Made by a program: the position numbers and the translations under genes | The notes under the pieces: generated by a model | The model's input: the letters and a program-made list of their open reading frames with translations, nothing else | Database searches by the model: none | Told to the model about the DNA's origin: nothing | Assembly: GCF_035594765.1 (NCBI RefSeq) | Contig: NC_085844.1 | Span: forward strand, 195,316,107-195,380,106 | DNA: 64,000 bases | Source of the DNA: Anolis carolinensis | Taxonomy: Eukaryota | Direction: 5' to 3' | Shown here: positions 49,671 through 61,178 of the stretch, one piece after another | How positions within the stretch are numbered: position 1 is the first letter of the stretch | Layout: every line of letters begins with the position of its first letter

Positions 49671-50473
49671 CAGCCTCCGTGCAATCCGAGCAGGTGAACG
49701 GGGAGGGCCACAAAGGCCCTCCCGTTGAACCGCTTGCTGGCATGCGTGTTGTTAGGTAGATAGCAAGCTACCTAGCAACACGCAGGGGGTGCTCGCCCTT
49801 GGGAGGTGCCCTCTGCGTGTTGTTAGGTAGATAGCAAGCTACCTAGCAACATGCAGGAGGTGCTCGCCCCCTGGGAGGTGCCCTCTGCATGTTACTAGGT
49901 AGATAGCAAGCTACCTAGCAACATGCAGGTGGCACCTCCCAAGGGGCGAGTGCCCCCTGCGTGTTGCTAGGTAGCTTGCTATCTACCTAGCAACCCGCAC
50001 GGCCAGCTCCTTCGCCACACTGGGCGCCAGTGCTGCCGCCCCCCCGGCGTGATGAAGGAGCCGAGGCACAGGCGGGTGGGTGAACGTGGATGGCTTTTGC
50101 GGTCCTCCCCCTTCACCTGCTCAATGGCTGGCCCAAACGCCCGCCAAAGGGAGAAGTGTCCTCTCCGTTCGGCGGATGCTTGGACCCAGAGAAGCGGCAA
50201 GCTCCCCTGGGTCCACACCTCGTCTGAACTGAGAGGCCTCCCCTCCGTTCGGACGCAGCCTGGATTCAAAGGAGTTTGCAGCTCCTCTGGATCCAAACGG
50301 CGTCTGAACAGAGAGGCCTCCCCTCCGTTCGGAAGCAGCCTGGATTCAAAGGAGTTTGCAGCTCCTCTGGATCCAAACCGCATCTGAACGCAGAGGAAGC
50401 CTGGTAATCCGAGTGATCCGTGTTGACCGAGCTGGGGTCCGCCCATTTAACTCGGACTACCGGGGTTCTACTG
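49671..50473. mobile_element. GC-rich, probably Tigger-like non-autonomous element made of hairpin repeat arrays
   Basis: Right end ...ggggttctactg|TA resembles a CAGTAGAACCCC TIR; left TIR unclear. Internal 71-72-bp and 80-bp tandem units. Confidence 0.6.
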
Positions 50474-50623
50474 TATTGATGGTTTCCTCTATATATCTTG
50501 GTCTCTGGAAAATATGCTTGTTTGAGCAATGATTATACAGTATATATCTTTTCTGCATAATATGGTGATTTCTGGAGTAGCATTCTGAGTCCTCTCCCCC
50601 CCCCCCCCCATATGTTCAGTGAG

Positions 50624-50796
50624 AGCCAGTGTGGCCTAGTGGTTTGGGTGCTGAAGTATGATTTGGGAGATCAAGGTTTGAATCCCCGCTTGACCATGAA
50701 AGCCTACTAAATGACACTCGGCAAATCATATATTCTTAGCCTCAAAAACACTTTGGTTGCTGTAAGTGAGAAACAGTTTGAAAGCACATATCAACA
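50624..50796 (+). mobile_element. Anolis SINE2-like SINE (internally deleted)
   Basis: gagccagtgtggcctagtggtttg (A box) and ggtttgaatcccc (B box). Confidence 0.65.
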
Positions 50797-51000
50797 AACT
50801 TAAAGCAAGTTATTCAAGGTACTGATGCAGAAAATGAACACCATGCCTTTTTGAGACCACAAGTTAGCACCATCAGTGAGCTGGTTCTTGCTGAAACCCG
50901 GTTGCTGAATTGAATTAAAGTCGTGTTCTTCTGTTGGATTTGGGGAAAACTTCATTTTTAGAAGGACTGAGAGTGAACAACCATTTTGTTGTTAACAGTT

Positions 51001-51332
51001 AGGTAAAGGTAAAGGTTTTCCCTGACGTTATGTCCGGTCGTGTCCGACTCTGGGGGTTGGTGCTCATCTCAATTTCTAAGCTGAAGAGCCGGCGTTGTTC
51101 GTAGACACCTCCAAGGTCATGTGGCCGGCATGACTGCATGGAACACCGTTACCTTCCCGCCGGAGCTGTACCTATTGATCTACTCACATTTGCTTGTTTT
51201 CGAACTGCTAGGTTGGCAGAAGCTGGAGTTAACAGCGGGCGCTCACTCCGCTTCCGGGGTTTGAACCTGGGACCTTTCGGTCTGCAAGTTCAGCAGCTCA
51301 GCGCTTTAACACACTGAGCCACCGGAGGCTCC
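51001..51332 (-). mobile_element. Sauria SINE (young, CpG-rich)
   Basis: aggtaaaggtaaagg tail ... actgagccaccggaggctcc head. Confidence 0.92.
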
Positions 51333-53364
51333 TTTTTATAGTTACCTGTCAACTTTTTGTTTAAAAAGCGTAAATCTGTTGATTAGGTGTTTGTGTTCTA
51401 TTTACATAGTTATGGGCAAGTGTTGCTGCTATATTGGTACTCAAAACTAATGTGTCTTGGAAAAATACCCGTAACCCCACCCATCCTGGGAAGTGGAGCT
51501 GTCTATAATGTTGTGTCCTAGCAGTGAGAGTTCTAACTTTCATTGCTTGTTTCCTCCCTTCCTCTTCCCTGATAGTAACTGAGAGTTGTTGGAGTCGGGC
51601 AGGGGAGTGTAAAAGCTTCTGTGGGTGAGCTCCAGAGTTGTCACAAGCAGGCCCCAGTATGAGACTGTAAGGTCATGTCATTTTTTCCTGTAAATCTTGT
51701 AATTTCGTGCTTCAGAGCACAACAAAGTGAAAGTCAGCAGGGAGTGAATTAAATTCCCCCATGAGAACTCCTGTAGGGTGGGCCTCTTGCGTTCTGTCTG
51801 TAGTTCCCTTGGCTCTCGTGCATCATGCTGTGCATCCCCTTAATCTAGCAGCAGTCTCATGCCGTCTCCTGCGCACCAGCCTGGCTTGGTGCCCTCTTGA
51901 CATGTTCTGGCACTCGTCACGAGTCGTATTCTTCTTGTACAAGCCATTACCAGTTTAATAAACTCACACAGACTTTACAGGGTTCCCAAAAGCCTATAAA
52001 ACAGAGGGTTGTCCCTACTGTCCCCTTGTGAACAAAGCTCCTGTTGTGTGGCTAATGCAATTAAAATGGGGTCTATTGGAGACTTCATACAGCTGGCTGG
52101 GGCATCACCATTTCCTCTGGCAAGCTGGCCTTCTGATCAGTCTAGCACTTGTGCTGCTAGTTTACCACTTTTCATTCCTGAATATTCTTCAGTCTCCTCT
52201 TGAACTCTGGCAAATTAATTAATTGATTCCAAATAATGAAACTTTCAAAGAAGCGAAAGAGGTTTCAGTTGAAAAGCCCGGCAAAGCTAGGCTCCTGTTT
52301 GTTTGGTGTTCAGCACTTACCCTGCATTATTGGGAAAAGTCACCACCTCTTCCGGATCTCTTGTTTTTTCATTTGTCACATTGTCTGAAGTACTTTACAA
52401 TGATCCTTGAACTTATCTTTGGAGTTGCCTGCTTTTCCTTGTGAGAGTCAGTGATATTGTAAGAGTCCACGGTTTAGTAAATAAGGCCACAGGGCTGAAT
52501 GGATTCAATCCAGGTCACATGGCAGGTCAGTACAACTGTGCCATGAATAAAATCCAGCCCTTTTGAATTGCAATCAGGTCTATCTTTCCTTGAAGAAACT
52601 GTTCTTGAGCAAATGTTACTGCAAAATGTAAGGTGAGAAAGAAAAACAGGCTATTCTGCATACACTGGAAGTGCACAAAAGTGTTTTCTGAGCTATTGCC
52701 ACAGGTATTTAGATGCCAGATGGTGCAACAGAAACTTTAAACCTGTTGAACTTTGAATAGGATTTCTTTTGAATAGGATTTTCATTTTTTTTCCTTTTGT
52801 CTGGTGCTGCTATAATAGACAAATTCAAGGAAATGCTACTTGCATTCCAGAAGAAAGCAGCTTGTGTCTCACCTGATTTATAGAACCACTTATGCACAAA
52901 TGACCGGTTGAGATTTCGTGTGTTGATATGTAGATCCATGAATTTTAAGACTTAGCCTTTGTGCTTTCAATAGTTTGTAAGTTGTATCTTTCACAGTTGT
53001 TGCAGGTTTTTGTAAACCAGCATAACACAGTTTTGGTATTTTCTTTTCTTTCATAAATTTGTTACCGACTTTTGCTTTACTGAGAACACTAAAAGTTGTT
53101 TTATAATTCCAGGGAAAGGGGGAATGGGGAAGAGAGAGAAAGAACTTAATGCTCAAAGCTGTTTGTGACTTTTGCTTTTTAGTTAGACAGCTACTTCTAA
53201 AACCTGTAAATAACAGTAAATATACTTCTATTTTGCATTTAACAAAATAACATATTTAAATAAAATGTTTAATTTCCTCTGAACATCTGTGTTGTGACTT
53301 AATTTAAAGTGACCTGGAAAAGAATGGTGTCTGAAAGAGGCAAACACATACCTATCACCCAGAG

Positions 53365-54267
53365 TGTCACGACCCAGGCTGCAGAGCACCAATAACCATA
53401 CACAGAGGCCAGAATCTATCTAATATCTTTATTGAGGAAATATATAAAGTTAATAAAAGCAAGTGTAGGAAATAGTTCAGAAGTAGATCTTTCAGGAAAG
53501 GTCAAAATTAGTCCAGAGAAACAATGTCCAATATGAGATATTAAGGTCCAAAGTTGTAATCCAATAACCGAAACACTCACTTTGCCAAGCAAAGTGAGGG
53601 GAGAAGACAAGGTCCTTTAGTCCATGAAACTTAGGCAAGGCAAGGAAATAACTTGATTCTTGGATACAAGGCTTAATTCAAGGCAACAAAGAACAAGGAG
53701 CAAAACAGGATCCGTGGTAAATTCGTGGCGAGGTCAAGGAAGGCAAGGCTGGGTCCGAGAAGCAAAACAAGGTCCTGGGAAGCAAGCAAGGCTGGAAACG
53801 GGAGCGTAGTCCACACACAACCTACTCCCGTAGTTGACGAATTGACTCCGCAAGATTCCTACGAGGGCAAAACACCTAAGTAGGGTCTCGGTTTCCCGCC
53901 AAGAGCAGATTCTCTGGGGAACCAGAAGCGAAAGCCATTCTCTGGGTCCAGATGCATGACTCCTTAAAGATTCTCATGGGAAGCAGGCTAATCAACCATT
54001 TGTTTGGCTGCGATTCTCAGGCTTCTGCGATTAGCCTGTTGAGCTCCTCTCTGTTGTTGACAATACTCACGGCGAGAAAAAGGGGGAGATTTTGGCTCAG
54101 GGCTTGTTTGGCAAACTTCTGGAAGGCAAACCTCCTGCAGGTGCAAGGGTTCCAGTTCTGGCTGAGAAAGTTCCAATTCTGACTGAAACGGAGGAAAACC
54201 TAAGTTTTCCTCCTCATCTGTCACAACAGTGTTAGGGACGGGACTACATGGCCCATGAGTCATCACA
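53365..54267 (-). mobile_element. Solo LTR (903 bp, probably Ty3/Gypsy), 5-bp TSD CAGAG
   Basis: TG...CA termini (tgtcacgac / gtcatcaca); TSD at 53360-53364 and 54268-54272; AATAAA on the - strand near 53428-53433. Confidence 0.88.
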
Positions 54268-57109
54268 CAGAGTGATTAAAAGAAATGGAAACCTGTGGGA
54301 GGATCAATCTCCTTCCCTCCAATAACACTGGCTTATAGGGGAGATATCCTGTTGGGATATTATGAAGTTATTCTAACATTTAACTGCACAGTATACATGA
54401 ACTGTATACAGTGTGTAAATCATATTGAATATTACAATATTACAATATTACATACGCATTTTACAAATATTTGTAATGGATATATTGTTGTTTAGAATGT
54501 ATTGTGTTTTACTAATGTGAAGTGAGTGACAGGAATCTAATTTTGTGCTGCTTCATAGGCGGCTTATATGTATATGAAATTCTTGAAGCTGTCACCAGTT
54601 AGAAGAACATTGGTTATATCTTTAGATTATTTACGGATTTATAATATGTACATAAATATGTATGTAAGCAGTGCTGTATTTCACAGAAATATGGTTAAAT
54701 TACAAAACAAGATTGTATACACTTTTAAAGTAATACGCCTATCTTTACAAAGCTTCAACAATACGACTTCTGTCTTGCATTTGCATGCAGTAGTGTATGC
54801 GATTTTTACTGCATACGGATAAGCGTACACATGCTAATCTGATCCATCTGCAGAAAATCAGCTGCTTCTCCAAACAGAGAAAGTACGGTAGAATATGCAA
54901 GGATTAAATGCCTGTCGGAAAGTAACTTTGTTCTTTATAGCTGGAAATGTGGAAAATTAACAAGCAGCTCTTTCTCTAGGACACACCCTGCAAGTGCCTC
55001 TGCCGACTGGGGAGAGCACAGCCGCCCTTTGGAAGCCAGGGTCTTGATTTACGGCCGCAGTGTTGACAGCTCAGTGGAACCCACATGCTGTTTGCAGCAC
55101 CGCCAAGCTGGGCTATGACCTGCTGACCTCTACCCCTGTGCTCCCCCCTCCTGTCTCTGTGCTGTAATAAAAACCTGTCTTGCAGGCAGGGCTACAATGA
55201 CTTTGTTGTTCAGAAATGTACCAATTTTTTTTAAAGGGGGGGGGGGGGAGTTGGAAATTCTCAAAGCAAAAATGAGGAACGTATGAGGAAGTGGGGCTCT
55301 GGGAGCAGCTGCTTTTGGTATCGCAGGATTGTTTGTCTTAGAGGTTATTCTCTGCTTGCAGTCAGCTCCTGGATGAATTGTCTTGCTTCTATAAAAGTAT
55401 ACCCCCCCCCCCCAATGGTGGTATCTTTCTGGACAGACATATTTGGGTTCATTTCTCTTATCTCCATTTCCCTTTTCTGTAGTTTTATAGGATTTGTGCC
55501 TCCATCATGCACACTTCTCTTTTAACATGTCCATTAGGCAATTGTGGTCATGTTTTAGAAAACAAGGAGCAAAAATGAAAATGTATATATTTATGAAATT
55601 AAGGGAGTTGGTCAGTCATCTCACTCAAATGTGGCCAACCTGTGGCCCTCAGAAGTTGCTTAAGAAAATAGGCTCAGTTGCCCAAGTTGCCAGATTCTTG
55701 TCTTGGAATCTCCAACTTCTGCCCCACACTCTGCCATCACAGTTATGCTGCAGAAGATGCCAAGTGGACATAACTCTTTTTGTGTGTCCATTTCTCCATG
55801 CACACTTGGTCTCCTGCCAAAGAACTAGCTGGCTGTCAGACAGCAGCATGATTGTATGGGGAAGAGGGTGTTTGAAAAGGGTTATGTCCTTGTCCCTAGT
55901 TCCTTGGCACAATTACACAGCCACGTTGACAGGTGTTTGATATAAATTGCACTTCTCTCCTGTCAACTGAGTAATGTGTGGCGAAACAGAGAAGTATGAA
56001 CTTCGTGTACCTGGAAAGGTGGTATCTCTGCATCCTTTTATTTTGAGACTGGGTAAAAGAGTGGGAGAAGTGTGCACCCATACAGATGTGACCACACTCA
56101 TTGCCCATGTAACTTTGGGGATCAAAATGATTGCCCATTTTGACAGTCCAGCTCTGTTAAAAAATGTTATCACACTTCTAGTAGCTTTGAGTTAGGCAGG
56201 ATTATAATTTTTTTAGCATATCCGCTTGACTACAAATATAGTAATTTGTTTTTGGAAAGATTTCCTTCTTTATACTATAAAAGTTCTAAAACATTCTGGC
56301 ATGTTGTGAATAAGTCAATGTAATGATTCATACAGCCCTGTTATTTCCATTGCAAGCGGGCATAGTTACACAAACCATGGTTTATGACGTTGTCTTCATA
56401 GGGAAGAGATAAGCCAGAGTGCTAGGCTGGGATGTCATGCTAACAAGCCACAAATGGAAAGCTGCTTCCACATTCAAGAGGATTGCCTTCTAAACAGTAA
56501 AAGAGGGTTCCCTTGGAATTCTGGTTTAGTGTAATGTGAAAACAGAGCCATTGCCTTTCTGTCTCTCAACGCACTATGTTATCTAGGTGTTGCTATGGGA
56601 TCTGACTGGGAAATAGGCCCAAAGAAAGAGAAGAGTATGGAATTCTGGCAGATCAAGAAAATTCATTTTATATCCCTATGTCTTTTCAGTGATTTATTAA
56701 TACCGTGTTTCGGGATGATTGAGGTCTCCCATTCAGATTGCTCTTTCAGGCTCCCTGAGCTTGGTTTCTTTTGGAATTCTCAAACCATTCATTGGAATAA
56801 AAATCTTTCTAGTGTTTCTGTATTTCTTTCTCCTTTACATAAGCAGTAGAGAAATGCTAATGGGAGCACAACACTTCATGGGAATGAGGTGTCTTGCTAT
56901 TTGCATTATTTCAGTGCCAGTATTTCATGGTAAATACTAAGTACTTTGGCAAATCATGCTTGGCCTGCTGTCTTGAGCACATGAGCTGTGATAATTCTTC
57001 AAAGTTGAGGGTGCATAGTGTTGTCAGCGTGTTGCACTGGAAAGTGTCTGAAAAAGAGAGATTGATTAACTTTTTCTTTTCTTCTTGTATTGTATCCCTC
57101 CCCTTCCAG

Positions 57110-57199
57110 GCTCTTCAGGTGGCACGGCAGTTCCTTCTCCAACAGGCAACAGGTCTGACCTCTCCCAGCAGCAATGAAAATAAGCAGCCAGCCGTTCAG
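57110..57199 (+). CDS. FOXP4: FOXP4 second coding exon, 30 codons (ALQVARQFLLQQATGLTSPSSNENKQPAVQ)
   Basis: Polypyrimidine tract then ccttccag|GCT; donor CAG|gtgagg at 57199/57200. Joins the previous exon in frame to give the FoxP signature QQQQ-ALQVARQ(F/L)LLQQ. Confidence 0.96.
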
Positions 57200-58266
57200 G
57201 TGAGGGGCAGCAAAAACGTGCATATTTCCTTTGAAACATTTGTAGGAAGTATAATGATAAGAACGTTCCTAAAAGAATGCCTTTGAAAAATTATGCTTCC
57301 TTTATGTGCTTTTAAGAAAGACTTTGTACCATATGGATCAACAACTTAACATTTAATTGGCACAGTAAGCAGACAGACTAGTCTCAGTGTCATGACTATT
57401 AATGTAGCATCCTTTTGAGGTAGTCCACTGCTGTTGTTCCTACTACACAAAACACAGACATCATGGAGCTGGAGGTTGCTGCTTTGTGCAAGATATTTGA
57501 GATTGTAAAATACTGAGGATTTACCCTCCATGTTGTCAGTTTCTCATTTGGTCTTCTCTGTTGTGAGTGATTGAGGAGTTTTCATTCTTGAATGTCTTCT
57601 TGGTGGATTTTTTTTTCTTTTTCTGAAAAAGCAATAGTATGATACCCACACTAGATTTCTTATTGCAAAAAAAGTCATTTAAATTGATGTTTAAATACAG
57701 GTGACAAAATGACAGTTTCTAGATTTCAACACTTGTTGAATACTTATGTAGAATTACATTGAAATAATTTAATTGGATTTACATTGGGGGAAAGACAGAA
57801 AAACCTACCTCTGTATCTAGAACCAGCAGGCCATGTGTCTATTTGGTTTCCAGTACTGATGTAATATTTTTCAAATAACTCAGAATATTTGATTTTTGTA
57901 CTTTCTCCCAAAAACTGAATTAATTTGCACAATCATTAAACTGTGGGCTACATGTAGTCCTTTCTGAGGTGAGACTATACTGTTTCATGACAGATGGGTG
58001 CTTGCAGAAGTGATCATAGGCACATACTACACTTTTGTTGCCACTGCTTTCCTTGCTCTGGTCAAGCAAGAAACCTGTCTGAAATAACTGAGTATTTTCT
58101 AGATAAGGATAAAAAAAAAGAATCAATAGCCACCTCATCATAATAATGGGCTTTCGATTTGCATTTAATAGTTGATATTGTAATTTTGCTATTTATTTAT
58201 GTTGATAATATCTAATATAGATGGAAATCTTGCTATGAAGATGTGCTATAGCTTGCCTTCCACATA

Positions 58267-58686
58267 CCGTGTTTCCCCAAAAATAAGACAGTGTCTTATA
58301 TTAATTTTTGCTCCCAAAGATGCTCTAGGTCTTATTTTCAGGGGATGTCTTATTTTTCCATGAAGAAGAATTCACATTAATTGTTGAACAAAAAAATGAA
58401 CATTTATTGTATACTGTACATTAGTTGTCATCACAAACCAGCATAACCAGACAAACTGTGAATCCTATCAAGAATTTCTTGTTACTACCATTAATTCCAT
58501 GTCCAACACTCTACGGTACGCATATTTACCGATCCTGCATGCTCTGGTGTTCTGTTCGGCGGGCATGCTTCCAAAACAGAAACTTTGCTAGGTCTTACTT
58601 TCGTGGGAGGCCTTATATTTAGCATTTCAGTAAAACCTCTACTAGGTCTTATTTTCTGGGGATGTCTTATTTTAGGGGAAACAGGG
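58267..58686. mobile_element. Tc1/mariner-superfamily MITE
   Basis: TA|ccgtgtttcccc.aaaataagaca ... tgtcttatttt.ggggaaacaggg|TA; repeated taggtcttatttt. Confidence 0.85.
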
Positions 58687-58994
58687 TAGTACCCTCAAGT
58701 TCTTTCCTTTGTTACCAGCTTCTTCATTGTCATTGTAGTAATGTATGGTTCAGATCCATGTCATTTTTACTTAAATTCATTGATAATTCAATTTCATCAT
58801 ATTTCCAGATTAATTTTTTAAAATGTGCATGAATATGTATATACTTTTATCCTAAAATATATCACAGTTTTCAGAGAAATATGGAGAAAGATAGATTTCT
58901 AAAATAATTTTGCAGATCAGAAGGAAGTGCAAACCAAATGCAGAATGAATGATGTCCTCAAAAATCCCCACTCTCTCCATGCTTTGCCCCTTTT

Positions 58995-59220
58995 CTATTT
59001 ATTTATTAATTATTTCCAGAATTTATACCCCGCCCTTCTCACCCGGGGGGACTCAGGGCGGCTTACACAGTTGGCAACATTTAATGCCAAGAACATAATA
59101 ATAAAACAAAAACAGTACACATAATCAATTAAAACTATAAAAATACATCATTAAAATACATTATAAAAATTAAAACATATGTAAATTAGATCCATTTGTC
59201 TAAAAACCTCATGCTTCAGC
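58995..59220 (-). mobile_element. L2-type 3' tail fragment
   Basis: ccccgcccttctcacccgggggactcagggcggcttaca motif shared with 36190-36265. Similar tails near 18060-18120 (+) and 60750-60903 (+). Confidence 0.65.
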
Positions 59221-59977
59221 CTTCAGCCTTTTCTATTCCTCTGCCTGAAACCGCATTTCGGTCCTGAACTACTTGCCTTTCCTCCTTTAGTCATACTTGT
59301 TAGAGAAGTCTGCATAGCTTGTGTTCTGAGAACTCAGTGTTCCTTATCTCAAGCTAAATGTTCTTGGATGGCAGAAGATCTCTGCTTGTGTCCATTGATG
59401 GTAATCAGAGTTAGAGCAGACAATACTAGGCTGATGTGGGTCATAAATGTCTTAAGTATAAAGCAGTTCCATATATATTTATCAGGGTAGTATCCATTAT
59501 GGTCTCCACATTGTGCATGTTCCTTTATTATTTACAGTAAAGAGGATGAGCACTGTTGGAATGACTAAATTGATATGTGTGCAAATAGAACTGTTTGAGA
59601 TGTGAGTCTACTGGCACCATCAGTTCTGCCATTCACTTGTAAAGCACTTGGTTTTTATTGGATTGGGAATTGAGGGAGCAATCTATCTGAGGTGAAGGAT
59701 CACAGGGTCACAAAATTCAGTAGATCCTTAGAAATCATAACTGCCAGCATTATTCCATTCCTTGACTGTCTAGGATGTTAATAATGGAAACTGACACTTT
59801 GGCTGACCTTTTTTCATGCTGGTAGGATGAGTAACACCAGATTAGAGTAATTTAAACGGTTGTTGTTATTGTTGTTGTTATTCATGGTGAGCAGCTATGC
59901 AATGTTTTTATTAAAATATTTTAAAATCACACACTTTTCTAAAGATCTCAGGACAGTGTATAAAACTAACCTGACTA

Positions 59978-60300
59978 CAGTAGAGTCTCACTTATCCAAC
60001 ACTCGCTTATCCAACGTTCTGGATTATCCAACGCATTTTTGTAGTCAATGTTTTCAATTTATCATAATATTTTGGTGCTAAATTCGTAAATACAGTAATT
60101 ACAACATAACATTACTGCATATTGAACTACTTTTTCTGTCAAATTTGTTGTCTAACATGATGTTTTGGTGCTTAATTTGCAAAATCATAACCTAATTTGA
60201 TGTTTAATAGGCTTTTTCTTAATCTCTCCTTATTATCCAACATATTCGCTTATCCAACGTTCTGCCGGCCCGTTTATGTTGGATAAGTGAGACTCTACTG
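59978..60300 (-). mobile_element. Tc1/mariner MITE, same family
   Basis: Perfect TIRs with TA TSD. Confidence 0.92.
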
Positions 60301-60956
60301 TATTTTAAAACAGTGTAATATTATAAACGGCATTATTTGAAAAATCTAAAAATATTGCTATCAATTTATCTAGTCAAGGTTAACAATTTAACAATTTTAT
60401 AAATTGCATGAAAACTGGTGGAAATAGTTTAAAATTGTTTTAGATCATGTGTATGTACAGACTGGTGCAAAATCAATTAGGCTGGAAAAGCTTTAGTAAA
60501 CAAGCACATTTTACTTGATGCCAGAATGACAGCAAAGTTGGCATCAACTGGGCTTCCAAGAAGAAAGTATTGTATAAATAGAGTACTGGTATAGAGAATG
60601 CTTACTGTCTTGTCCTCCGATGAGCATTTTGCTCTTGCTAATGGGACACATAGGAGAGCCCCCTCCAGAAGATCTGAAACCTTAGGCAGGCATAGATATG
60701 GAGAGGCTTGCTTTGAAGCATTGAAGTTTCAAGCCATTTAGGACTCATCATCATAATGTATTTTAATAATTTTAACTGTTTTATGTGCTGTTTTATATTG
60801 GTTTGTATGGGCATCTAATTGTTGCCAATGTTGTAAGCCCTGAGTCCCTTCGGGTGAGAAGGGCGGGATATAAATGTGATAAATAAATAAATAAATAAAT
60901 AATACCACCTTAAATCCAGACCCGAAGTACACTTAGCAGCTAGATTAATTTTTTAA

Positions 60957-61178
60957 TGTTTGTTGTTGTTTTGTGCCTTCAGGTTGTTCCCAACCTATAG
61001 TGACCCTAAGGCAAGGCAATAATGTGGTTTCATAGCAAAATTTATTCAGCAGCGGGTTGCCTATCCATTCCTCTGAGGCTGAGCATGTGAGTTGCCCAAG
61101 GTCACCCAGTGAGTTTCCATGACTGAATGGATATTTGAACCCTGGTTTCCAGAGTCCTAGTCCAACACTCAAACCATT
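60957..61178 (-). mobile_element. Anolis SINE2-like SINE
   Basis: (TTG)n tail, gtgccttcag, gcccaaggtcacccagtgagtttccatg, tttgaaccctgg. Confidence 0.72.

Larger units (their letters stand above)
16998..57109 (+). other. FOXP4 intron, 40,112 bp, GT-AG, phase 0
   Basis: Lies between the two recognised coding exons; no other FoxP-like coding segment seen inside it. Confidence 0.88.

Noticed and set aside
49743-49999. CRISPR array
   Set aside because: Eukaryotic context, spacers are copies of each other, one unit is inverted, and there are no cas genes.
53952-54266. Short ORFs within the solo LTR
   Set aside because: No recognisable gag, pol or env motifs.
16797-57199. FOXP1 or FOXP2 identity
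   Set aside because: [21 protein letters not shown] and ARQFLLQQ fit FOXP4. FOXP1 and FOXP2 begin MMQES and have ARQLLLQQ.
56894-57286. 130-aa ORF as a standalone gene
   Set aside because: Only 57110-57199 is exon; the flanks are intronic.
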